The position numbers and the translations under genes were made by a program. A DNA stretch of 63,675 nucleotides, counting the filler, from Ministeria vibrans ATCC 50519 (lineage: Eukaryota; Protista; Filasterea), in NCBI GenBank assembly GCA_943704425.1. It is 5 parts of 5 records of this genome, joined end to end, with 100 filler letters (N's around TTAATTAATTAA, not from the genome) between each part and the next. Parts side by side here need not be neighbours in the genome. Positions count along the whole stretch, not along the records: positions 1 to 11,099 come from CALSCP010000155.1; positions 11,200 to 29,143 come from CALSCP010000038.1; 3 more parts are not named here. One strand, given 5' to 3'. Positions 10,044-22,892 of this stretch are shown one piece after another. Numbering within the stretch: the stretch's first letter is position 1; every line of letters begins with the position of its first letter. The notes under the pieces are model-generated. The model saw only the letters and a list, made by a program, of their open reading frames with translations, made no database searches and had not been told where the DNA came from.

Positions 10044-10280
10044 TATAACCTGCCACTGTTCTCCCATGTTACCTCTAGAGTTTCAGTCGAGTTTGCAAGG
10101 CGGTCTGGCTGTGTCTTCGCCTGGTGACTGTATCATTAATAAATGGGTTGTATTCTTCTTCTTCTTCTTCTTCTTATTCACTACAGGTAACATGGGAGAA
10201 CAGTGGCAGGTCAGAGTGCTGTGTCGTCGCTATCCAGTGAGGCAATCGCAATGGTACGCCATACCCCCCAGTGTCTGACA
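9968..10280. repeat. Dispersed repeat (TGTCAGAGCCCTAAGCC... family) with a second ~85-bp inverted repeat and an internal TTC-tailed short element
   Basis: About 9990-10074 pairs with 10185-10269 (aggtaacatgggagaacagtggcaggt...ccataccccc). A related copy lies at 46701-46833. The loop contains ggcggtctggctgtgtcttcgc...aataaatgggttgtattcttcttc. Confidence 0.75.
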
Positions 10281-11099
10281 CCACAAGCCCAAGGGATGTG
10301 TCAAAAACAATAATTAATTATAATAAAAGGTGCTGCTTGCAAATAATAGTGCAAACTCACCCTGATCCAGATTCCAGTGGGTATCCCAAAATGGTGAATG
10401 GTCAACTAGAAATTCTACTTCTTGAATTCTACTAGAATGGACTCCAGACCAGGCCCAACTGATCACTCTTATTCAAAAAACGGAACCAACCCCCAAATTT
10501 AAATAGGCAAGTTGGCGAAGAAGGCCTCGAGACTTCCCCAAACTCCAGACTATCGTGCGTATGCTGTATGTACCACAGTTAGACCATGGGTTTGGCGACT
10601 TGCGTCTCGCTGGACGCCACGGCGCTCGAGAGTGTGAATTTGAAAGCAAAACTGAAAAACTTGAAAGTCGCACTGAACACCTCGACGTTCCTTGTCTCCG
10701 CGGGAATGACGATCAGTAACGCATTTACTCTCGCTTTGACGGCTTTGCAGGCTCTTTTGGCCTGTGATGAGGGTATTTCAGACTGTGACCGAACTGTGAC
10801 CTGCCGGCATTTGAATTTTGGGAGTCGCTGCGAAACAATACCGCTGCCAAGCTACCTTCTAACCTACTCGGCGTCTGTACACGACTCGCTGATGATGTCA
10901 TTAAGCGTGTTATGCTGGTGGCTGGTGGCTCTACTACAGTGTACTTCGTTTTCGATGGTGAGCCAACAAGAGGCACGCGCATCAGGCCTGCAGGCGCGCT
11001 TCGGTAAATTCGAAGGCCAGTGAGATTCTGCACACAACTCTGGTGTCTCGGAGACAGAGAAGAGTACAGCAAGCAAGTCTCTTATGCCCCTCGCTATCG

Positions 11100-11199
11100 N
11101 NNNNNNNNNNNNNNNNNNNNNNNNNNNNNNNNNNNNNNNNNNNTTAATTAATTAANNNNNNNNNNNNNNNNNNNNNNNNNNNNNNNNNNNNNNNNNNNN
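11100..11199. other. Artificial contig-joining spacer (N44-TTAATTAATTAA-N44)
   Basis: An identical 100-nt structure with stops in all six frames occurs four times in the window. Confidence 0.95.
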
Positions 11200-11215
11200 A
11201 GAGGAGTAGATGAGC

Positions 11216-14273
<3,058 letters not shown>

Positions 14274-14901
14274 TGGGCTCCAAATCTAACAAAGCACGCG
14301 ACATGGTCAGAGAGCGTGACGCGTGCGTGGCGCACCTGCTACGTACGTAATCAACAAACAAAAAAAGGATAATTGTTTATTATTATAAATTTTAAACTTT
14401 ATTATTAATTTCAGTTTAATTGGAGCTGGGGGGTTAGTCCACGGTTAGTCAGCGACTCAGTACTCAGTGCGGAGTACTCCGTAGTCAGTGGGCTGTGGGC
14501 AGCTAACAACCTTATATGTACAACGGGCTGTATCTGATTAGCAGCTACTACAGCTTGCTTATAACACACGGTCAGACAAGGAAAGTATCGAATGTTTATT
14601 CAATCAAGAAAAAAGTTTGCACCCGACAGCTCGAACGAAGTGGAGCACACCGCGAATGACCTAGCGTAGCCCAAATCTCCAGAGGTTAAGCCTCAGACTC
14701 ACGGCCCAGATCTAGAGCAAGGCACGCCGAACACCGGTACCCATTGCAAGAGCTCTACCATGTAGGCACGGGTGAGACACCACGCATGGCCACACCCGGC
14801 ACACCGGCCCCATGCACTCCCACTTTGTCAAGAAATGCCCATCTCGTAATTACCTGCACAAACACAAAAGCATGTTGCAATTCATTCTTTGTTTCTTGTA
14901 G

Positions 14902-15535
14902 TGTGCGATCACATTCCCACAGTTGTCCGTGCAGAACAGTTTGAGGGACCTCCCACGATTCACCAGCTCAGCGTAGTTCCGCGCGGCACTCGCATCAACG
15001 AGCCGCTTGACCAGGCGCAGGGCCGCGTTCAGGTTTTGCATGTGCACGCCACACATCTCTTCAAGGTTGTCGAGGCGGCGCACCAGCTCAAGATAGTCCA
15101 CCGTGACATCAAGGGTACAAGGATAATATACAAATTAGACGCATGCGCGCAGTACGAATCTAGCAGTGCAGTGCAATGCTAATCAGGGCTATGCGATAGT
15201 ACGACAACGTGTACTTCTACCTCAAGGGGAATGAGTGCATGCTGCTGCTCAGCGACTGGAGCGAAGCGATGAAGGTGAAGGGTGATGGGACATTTGACAA
15301 GAAATACCCCGACAGCGGAACAAAGAAGTACTCGTCACTTGAGAAGGAGACGGCACCTAAGTCGGATTTGCGCAAGAAAGACCTCATTCTTTGCATCCGC
15401 ACTCTTGCCGAGATCATGCTCCCGCACGCAAACATTGGCAAATACCGCGAGCCCGACTGGCAGACCATTCTGGCTCCTCGTTGTTGGACGATGGCCGTCG
15501 GCTACGCCAACGCCCTCAAATATAAGGAACTCTGA
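14902..15535 (+). pseudogene. Atypical (Crinkler/fungal-type) protein kinase C-lobe, fragment or pseudogene
   Basis: LFKVVEAAHQLKIVHRDIK | (Y)DNVYFY...LLLSDWSEA...SGTKKYSS...DL...WQTILAPRCWTMAVGYANALKYKEL*. The intervening ~86 nt look intronic (ctaat branch, tag end), but the GT donor is one base out of phase. No N-lobe found. Confidence 0.6.
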
Positions 15536-15644
15536 ACACTTTCACGCGAATCTCATGCCACTGTGTCATGTAGACTCAGAAGAAGAAAATGAATGAAAAA
15601 TATTGAAAATTGAAAAGTTAAGAAGAAGACATTTCCAAAAGTTA

Positions 15645-15702
15645 GAAGAATACAACCCATTTATTAAGGATACAGTCGCCACGCAAAGACACAGCCAGAC
15701 CG
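15645..15702 (-). repeat. Copy of ~65-bp TTC-tailed dispersed element
   Basis: gaagaatacaacccatttattaaggatacagtcgccacgcaaagacacagccagaccg matches the copies at 10099, 19797 and 59897. Confidence 0.8.
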
Positions 15703-16846
15703 TGCTACGGGCGCCGTGTTGGTAGAGAGAGACGCCCCATGAATACGTCTCTCTCTCTCTCTCCTACTACTCGTGCTCGGCGTGAGACTGCCCAGGCCAC
15801 ACGTGACTACGTAGTTGTGACTACTTAGTTGTGAGGGCTTAAAGAGTGTGTAATGCTCAATCTCAAAATGTGCATTTTCAGCCCTCAAAAGCTGCATTTC
15901 TTCATTCAACCATCTTGGTTGGGGTTAGACCATCATCATCCTTTGTTCACTGACTGATACAAAAAAAAAAAAAAAAAAAAAAAAACACACAGAGAAATAA
16001 TACACACATGGCGAGCAGATGAGAGAAACAAGAATTGTTTCTCTCGCGCCCCTACGCCGCCCTGGGCCGATCGCCGCACTGGGGTTTGCCGCAAACGATG
16101 TGTCACATGTACTCCGTCAGCGTGGGCCCAAAGACGGCTGTAAATACAGCGTGTGAGTGGAATGGTGAAGGAATATTGTCATCTCGTGGTGGAAACACAC
16201 ACAAAAAAAAAAGAATCTCAGGAAATAAAAAGAACAAGTGTATGCTTCACGAGCCGCGCGACGCGTACGTCCGCAGCATCAGAATTAGCATGGTATTCAA
16301 TCATCATCGACTCTCAATAGTGACCCGTTTCGGATTTATTATTATTGTTAGTTTTTACCTTTTTCAGCAGATAAGTAGAGAGAGAGAGAGAGAGATCGAG
16401 CAGTTGGGTCAGTGCGAGGACAGCATGATGATGAGAGGCACCCTGAGAAAAGAGGACAAGTCTAATCACGAAAGCAAGAAAAAAAATTGATCCAAAAAAG
16501 TGAAAAATTTGGTCAAATCACTCAAATGTAAGCACAATGTAAGATGTCTGATCTGATATGATTATGATGATTTATGATGATTGATATGGGGGATGTATTT
16601 TGAAATTTGAATAGATATTAGATTATAGATAGGAGATTTGGAATAGATGGGCTGAAAAAATGATGGATTTTGAATAGATCCCTTGATTGATCGAATGAAA
16701 TTGATATTATTAAAAATCAATCATCAAACTTCAAAGATAAAAATCAAGAACTCAACACGAGTTACACGTGGCAGCAACTGATTTACAACTCAGTTATTTC
16801 AGTAAACTTGGTACTCAAGAGTAGAACGATAAAAAAATACAATCTT

Positions 16847-17992
16847 TTATACACGAAAGAGCACACAATTTTTCCCCTTGAATTTGAGATGGGTTCTCTG
16901 AATATCAGGCGATTTGCTCTGCAAAAAGTCCACCCATCGCTCGCTTGACATGGAGCCGCCGGCACGAGGAAACACGCAGCAAGGGACAACGGCAAACGGC
17001 TTGCCGTGCTCCACGGCAACATCAACAATCATTTCGGTTGCCTCGTCTGGATGCATACCCACGAGCACTGAGACACCCTCGAGCGTCTCTGCGTGAGCCT
17101 CACACCAAGCTTCGTCAAAGAACGTCTGGTGTTGTGGCGCCACCCGATCACCTGGTGTCGACGGGGCTGTAGCGGTGGAGGTGCGCAACCATTTGAGCTG
17201 ATGTTTGCGCAGGCGCACAGGGCGCGGGTCGATGACGGTGCATGGAATGGCGCGCTTGGTAAACAGTTCAAAAGAGACATCGCCTCGTCCACCCGCTACA
17301 TCAAGAACACCACTGCCAGCGGTGAGACGTGCCTCACCAAACGTGTCCAAGAGCCAGGTGCAGAACACCGATGCGCGCTCGTCGTGATGTTGCTTCTCAT
17401 GCGCCGCAATGCCGTCGTGCGCCGTCATTCGATCATGTGCTTGTTCGCGTAGCGTGTGGCGTTCCCGGGACCACCTCATCCATGCCAGCTTGCCTTCCGC
17501 TGTGCTCCGGTCGACATGCAGAAAGGGACAGCCGTTGCCGAGCGCACAACTCGCGCCCAAGTCGAATTTACACGGTGTTTCCTTCTGTTTGCCGTCGACG
17601 CGTGCCAAAGGGCGTGCCACAAATGCCCCTTGTGCAGCGTCAGGGTCCCACGCTTCACATACACGCAGCGACACGCACATGAACGGTTGCGGCGTCACCG
17701 CACCCTCGCGTTGCACTTCCCTTCCTTGCTCGTCTACCAACCGCTGTGGGTGTGCCGTCACATCAACTCGATCGCCAAGCGCAACCTGATGGGCGGCGTC
17801 GAGCACGTCCCCCTTCAGCACGAGCGCCACACCGTGTTCGACACTGGCACACTCCACATCAACCAGTTGAACTCGAGCGTGTGGCTGTCGCACAAACACC
17901 ACGCGCCCCTCCAATTGAACCCTTCTCGTCACATCCGTCTCGATGAACGTAGTCGCCGCGCGGTGGGTTCTGACGCGAGGGAGACTTGTCAT
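16847..17992 (-). CDS. OB-fold-like + CCCH zinc finger + class I SAM-dependent methyltransferase (TRMT44-like uncharacterised family), single exon
   Basis: CKFDLGASCALGNGCPFLH (CCCH); VLDVAGGRG (SAM motif I); VGMHPDEATE...KPFAVVPCCVFP. Confidence 0.8.
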   Translation of the reverse strand: MTSLPRVRTHRAATTFIETDVTRRVQLEGRVVFVRQPHARVQLVDVECASVEHGVALVLKGDVLDAAHQVALGDRVDVTAHPQRLVDEQGREVQREGAVTPQPFMCVSLRVCEAWDPDAAQGAFVARPLARVDGKQKETPCKFDLGASCALGNGCPFLHVDRSTAEGKLAWMRWSRERHTLREQAHDRMTAHDGIAAHEKQHHDERASVFCTWLLDTFGEARLTAGSGVLDVAGGRGDVSFELFTKRAIPCTVIDPRPVRLRKHQLKWLRTSTATAPSTPGDRVAPQHQTFFDEAWCEAHAETLEGVSVLVGMHPDEATEMIVDVAVEHGKPFAVVPCCVFPRAGGSMSSERWVDFLQSKSPDIQRTHLKFKGKNCVLFRV

Positions 17993-18092
17993 CAACAAAA
18001 ATAAATAATATTATAATTGACTCAATTCTCAAAACTTAAAACTTTAAACTATTCATATTTTTTTTATCATTTGATCTTGCTCTCCGCACATA

Positions 18093-18324
18093 ATGTCCTC
18101 CTACCCGTCGCACTCCTCCGTGACACGCACCACAGACGTGGAGCCCGGCGACTCGGCCGACTCGCTCCCCACTCCCGCTCTCCTCATCGACGTTGACATT
18201 CTCGAGCGCAACTTGAAGCGCATGCGCGATAGTCTTCCCTCCCATGTGCGCCTGCGACCGCACAGCAAAGCACACAAGGTTAGTCTGAGGCGATTGATCA
18301 TTTGTGTTTGTTGACTCGTCTCAC

Positions 18325-18365
<41 letters not shown>

Positions 18366-19587
18366 AAAAAACAGTGCTCAGCGCTGGCTCTGAAGCAGCT
18401 AAACGAAGGAGGCGCCATTGGGGTGTGCTGCCAGAAGCTATGCGAGGTTGAGGGCATGATTGCTGGCGGTGTCACCGACATATTGGTCTCCAACGAAATT
18501 GTCGACGCGCGACGACTCAATCGTCTCGCTGAGCTCGCCAAACGGCCTGAGGTGGCTCTGTCGATGTGTGTTGACAACACGGCCACTGTCAACCTTCTGG
18601 CTGAGGCCTGCGCAAACCACGGATCGTCCATTGAGTGTTTAATTGAGGTGGAGAGAAAGAGGAAGACGCACAATAATGTGATGTGAGCTGACTCTGCACT
18701 GCTCAGGTCAATGTTGGACAGAACCGCTGCGGAGTCGAGCCCGACTCACGCGAGTTAATTGACGTTGCACAGACCATTCAGTCGCACGCACCCGCACTGC
18801 GCTTTGGCGGGATTCAGTGCTACCACGGATGGGCACAGCACGCGCGCACTGCTGAGGAGCGACGCTCACTCATCTCCACTGTGGCTGACTTGGCACGGCT
18901 CGCAGTAGCGCGTCTCAAGAACGAAGCAGGTCTTGATTGTGCGCGCGTGACCGGCGGTGGCTCAGGAACCTACCTCAACGAGTGTGCCAGCGGAGTTTTT
19001 AACGGTAAGTGACAAGAATATCATTCCACTCTTCCAATATTATTATACTCACAAAATGCAGCGCACCTCAATGTCTCTCCCTCAAGCCTGGGCTTTATTA
19101 TTATAATTATATACATTCCTCCCTTTGTCCCATCTTCACTACTAATGCACTGTTCATTGTCGTTCATTCAGAGGTTCAACCAGGGTCGTATGCACTGTGG
19201 GACGCAGATTATGGAGCGAATGAGGAAGCGCCGTTTGAGCAAGCACTGTTTGTTGTGAGTCGGGTGATGAGTGTGAGCAAGAGTGCGCGTCGCTTTGTGC
19301 TCGACTGTGGCCTCAAAGGGTGCTCGCACGACAGTGGAGTCCCTCAGATTGCCCCGCACTCATTGTGCTATTCCCCTCACTGGAAATGCGCGTCAGGTGG
19401 AGACGAACACTTAGTCGTGACGGCCGAACAAGAATCATCGGTTGATTTTCCCTCAGTCAACCAGTGTCTCACTCTGATTCCGTCGCACGTCGATCCCACC
19501 TGTAACATGCATGATTTTCTCTTTGTTGTACGTGGTTCCACGGTGGTTCATGTCTGGCCTGTCGACGCGCGTTCTCCCGGTTGGTAG
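18093..19587 (+). CDS. Fold-type III PLP enzyme, D-threonine aldolase / 3-hydroxy-D-aspartate aldolase / DSD1 family, 4 exons
   Basis: TPALLIDVDILERNL...LRPHSKAHK (PLP Lys); GVCCQKL; EVNVGQNRCGV; GIQCYHG; VTGGGSGTY; EVQPGSYALWDADY; DEH; LIPSHVDPTCNMHD; WPVDAR. GT-AG introns. Confidence 0.92.
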
Positions 19588-19796
19588 CTTGTCTTTACTT
19601 AGTACAAATCCCGTATAGTAATAAATTTATGATAATAATAATAATCAGTTTTATAATTAGTTAATTATATTTTTATACCTCCCTTTCTGTCGATTGATAT
19701 ACACGTAATGCAACTTTCATGTGCTCAGCACTGTCCCAGCAGGCAACAGAGAATACCTTTTTTTGATTGTATTCTTATTAATAATCAGAAATAGAA

Positions 19797-19863
19797 GAGA
19801 AGAATACAACCCATTTATTTATGATACAGCCACCACGCAAAAACACAAGCAGACCAGAGCGCC
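19797..19863 (-). repeat. Diverged copy of the ~65-bp TTC-tailed element
   Basis: agaatacaacccatttatttatgatacagccaccacgcaaaaacacaagcagaccagagcgcc. Confidence 0.7.
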
Positions 19864-20177
19864 TTATATTATAACTCCTCATAATCAAAAAAGTTTGAAA
19901 GAAAATGAAACCGAAGTATTTTATTACATGAAAGAAAGAAAGAGAGAGAGAAAGCATATTGTCTCGCTCATACATAAAATAACCGAAATACTGTTACTTT
20001 TTTGTGTGTGTGTGCTAATATTGAGGAGAGCCAAACAAAAACTCATTGTCGCCTAAAACACGCAAGGAATAAGATAAGATACAAGAGAGAAAGATAAACA
20101 AAGTGATAGAGAGAGATACAAACAAAGTGATACATACATACATAATTCAATAGAGAGAGAGGATGTGCTCAGTGTGA

Positions 20178-20266
20178 TTAGTGTGGGAGCGTACCGTCGA
20201 TGTGGACGTCAGGGAGATCTTCCTGTGCAGCACAGTCGTCGTCCATGGAGTGGTACTCGTTGTGCG

Positions 20267-20300
<34 letters not shown>

Positions 20301-21301
20301 GCTCTGCTGTTGCTGCTGTTGCTGCTGTGTTGTGGACGGTGGTTGGTGTTGCTGGTGCGGCGAGCCCATGCTCATGCTGCTCATGAGCAGAAGTGCGTCA
20401 GGAAACATCTACAGAGTGCAGGGTGAGTATGTGCTTTGTTTGGGCGTGTGTCGTACTGGCGGTGTTGCGGGTGTATTTGCCGGCGCCGCCATTGAATGGG
20501 GTACACCTAGTGAGCCGTCTTGAGGCACAAAGGTCTCGTAAAACGCGCTGATTGCAATCTACAGGAAGTGGTGCGTGTCAGTGAGGTGAACTTACACCCG
20601 AGGAACGCACAGCGCGCCGATTGCACCACATACCTCATAGTGCCATTGGGACTGCTCTAGATACCCAAGGGCCTAAGCACAGCCGCAGCACGACAAGAGA
20701 ACGGGTCAGTGGAGCACAGAGAAAAACGTGAAAAAAATAAGATTCTTCCAAAAACGATACAAATGCGCGCACAAGAGAACTCAGACGGCCCGGCAGGCCT
20801 TTTAAACAGCACCATTCGGCACCACAGGGAGGAAAACGGGGGCGCGCAGGGCAGTTCAAACGGGACACAAAACGTGACAAGTTCAGTGGAACGGACTGAG
20901 TTTTGCTCAAAACGGTCTGTGTCAATAGCCTCCACGCTTGGACGCCTGTCACTGGTGCATATATATACACACACAACCAAACCACGTCCAGAGAGGCACG
21001 CAGGAAGAAAACGCTCTTCTCTTTCAGAGAACTTCGAAAGAGAGATCATAGTTTGTGTGCCGTAAATGTACCTTTGACGAATTTCAGTGTCTGTTTTGCC
21101 ACTGATCAGATNNNNNNNNNNAAAAAAAAAAAAAAAAAAAAAAAAAGAGGAATCCGTTGGAGACACAGAAAGAAAGAGAGAGAGAGAAAGAGAAGGGACG
21201 GAAGGGGTGCGGGGTGCGGGGAGTACCTGCTGCGAGTCGCATCCAGTCGTCATGGCAAACTGGCCGATCAGCGCTTGTTTTCGCAACTGCTCAAACTCCA
21301 T
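20178..21301 (-). CDS. UBALD1: UBA-like domain-containing protein (UBALD/FAM100 family) with poly-Gln tail, 4 exons
   Basis: Spliced: MEFEQLRKQALIGQFAMTTGCDSQQ|ALGYLEQSQWHYE|IAISAFYE...APANTPATPP|MFPDALLLMSSM...; NTPATPP-x-FPDAL is the family signature. Confidence 0.85.
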
Positions 21302-21530
21302 TATGGCAAAAGGGGCGTTTGGTGTCTGTCAGTGTCAAAGTGCGGTGGGGACGGTCGGAGGGGGTGCGCGTAGTGGTCGTGGTGGCTCGTGAGGCGTGGC
21401 ACAGCTACGCGAAAGGCGTTCTTCGACAGGTAATAGGAAAGAAAAAAAAAAGAAAGATCAAATTCGAAATGATTAATGAATATGAATTGGAGAGAGTAGT
21501 GTATTGTACAATAATAATAACATTAATGTG

Positions 21531-22770
21531 TTAGTAGGGCAATTGAAGAGATTCGGTGTCCTGCAGGAGAGGCGATCCACCACGCTGACCCACACCCGCT
21601 GCGACATACAGTACATGGTTGAGCACTGCTGCCCCGCCCGTGTGCCGCCCAGCACGCATGGGCGGCAGCAGAGACCAGCGATTCTCGTGCAGCCCATAAC
21701 ATTCGACTGTGGTGAACGCCTCGCTCTGCAGTGCAGTCTCACCGCCCATCACCACAATGTGCGTCGCGTTAATGAGCTGTGTCATGGTGCCTCCGCGTGG
21801 CGTGGGAATGGCCGCGCGTCCTTCCATCCACTGGCGCGCCTTCAGATCATACACATCCACTGGCGCTGTCACTGCTTGAAAGGGATTGTCGCGTCGCCCT
21901 GCTGGCGAGTCACGGCCACCGGCAAGAACAAGAAACTGTTCGCTCACAATGACCGCTTCAAAATGATCGCGTGGATGAGGCACACGGTCCAGTACGGTCC
22001 ACACGTTGGTACGGGGTGCGTACGTCGATAGCCCATGGTGTGCGTGTCCTCCACGTCGACTCAAATGCCCATCACAAGCTCCACCTGCGACATAGATGAC
22101 GTCGCGGTGCACGGCAACACCTGCAGCGCCCCGTCGATGCTCTGCATCTATGGCGGGGCCTTGAGTCAGCGCATCCGCCACCGGATCGTATATGAAAACG
22201 TTCTTGATGTCCTTTTCGTTCTTGTCGTACTCTCCCGTCCAGCCAGCAACAACCTACAAGGGCAAACTGGTGAGAATCGGTAAGGAGGGAAAATAATCGT
22301 CAAAGTTGGATTGATTGATTGGGTACGTAAACTTTGTTGTCGAACACGACCGGCTGAACATGATGCAAATCATCCGTGGTAGAGCGAGTCTTGACCCACG
22401 ACCGGGACGCTTCGTTGAAGCACTCAATGGGCTGCCGCTGGCGCCCGCCGAGCAGACACCACTGAGCGCGGAAGACAAAGGATCCGGCTTCGTCGCGACC
22501 AGACGGTTTGGCGGCGGAGACATCGACGGCCGTCCACGCGTTTGCCATGGGGTGCAGCGGGGCGGTCGCAGCATCGCCGTGGTGTGGCAGTGCAGCGGCA
22601 GAGGGGCTCTTGGGTGCGAGTGCAGCGGGTGCGGAGTGGGAAGACGGTTCCACGTTTGAACTTGACGCCATTGCGACTGGTGTGTGGCCTCTTCGCCGGA
22701 AATAGCCTCCAAACCACAGCAGCAGCAGGGTGGCCACAGAGGCGATCGCTATTTGGCGTCCGCGTCTCAT
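21531..22770 (-). CDS. Kelch-repeat beta-propeller protein with N-terminal signal anchor, 2 exons
   Basis: MRRGRQIAIASVATLLLLWFGG; GG-Y-W kelch repeats (LLGGR, YVAGG, RDHFEAVIV..LAGGR, PTPRGG, VMGGE, GRHTGG). Confidence 0.85.
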
Positions 22771-22892
22771 GTAGCAGAAACTCGAACAAATGAATTAATA
22801 ATTTAATATCAAATAAATGACTGTGAAGTCTCACTCAAGTCTGTCAGTTCAATCATTAGAAATTAATAAAAATTTTACAATAATAAAGGTTT

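Noticed and set aside
8855-10048. Long ORFs spanning N runs (also 24883-26611, 44886-46497)
   Set aside because: They are open only because N, (GA)n or (CT)n tracts contain no stops.
9968-10200. TG...CA unit followed by GGTAACATGGG as an LTR plus primer-binding site
   Set aside because: The downstream sequence is an inverted copy of the unit itself, it does not match a tRNA 3' end I recognise, and no PPT or gag/pol is present. Kept only as an unclassified repeat.
10350-11099. Possible further 5' exons of the GPCR-kinase gene
   Set aside because: Some GT-AG-bounded open segments exist on the minus strand, but there is no recognisable domain or consistent phase, so no call can be supported.
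11144-11155. TTAATTAATTAA as a piggyBac TTAA target or regulatory motif
   Set aside because: It is always centred in exactly 44+44 N, so it is a synthetic linker.
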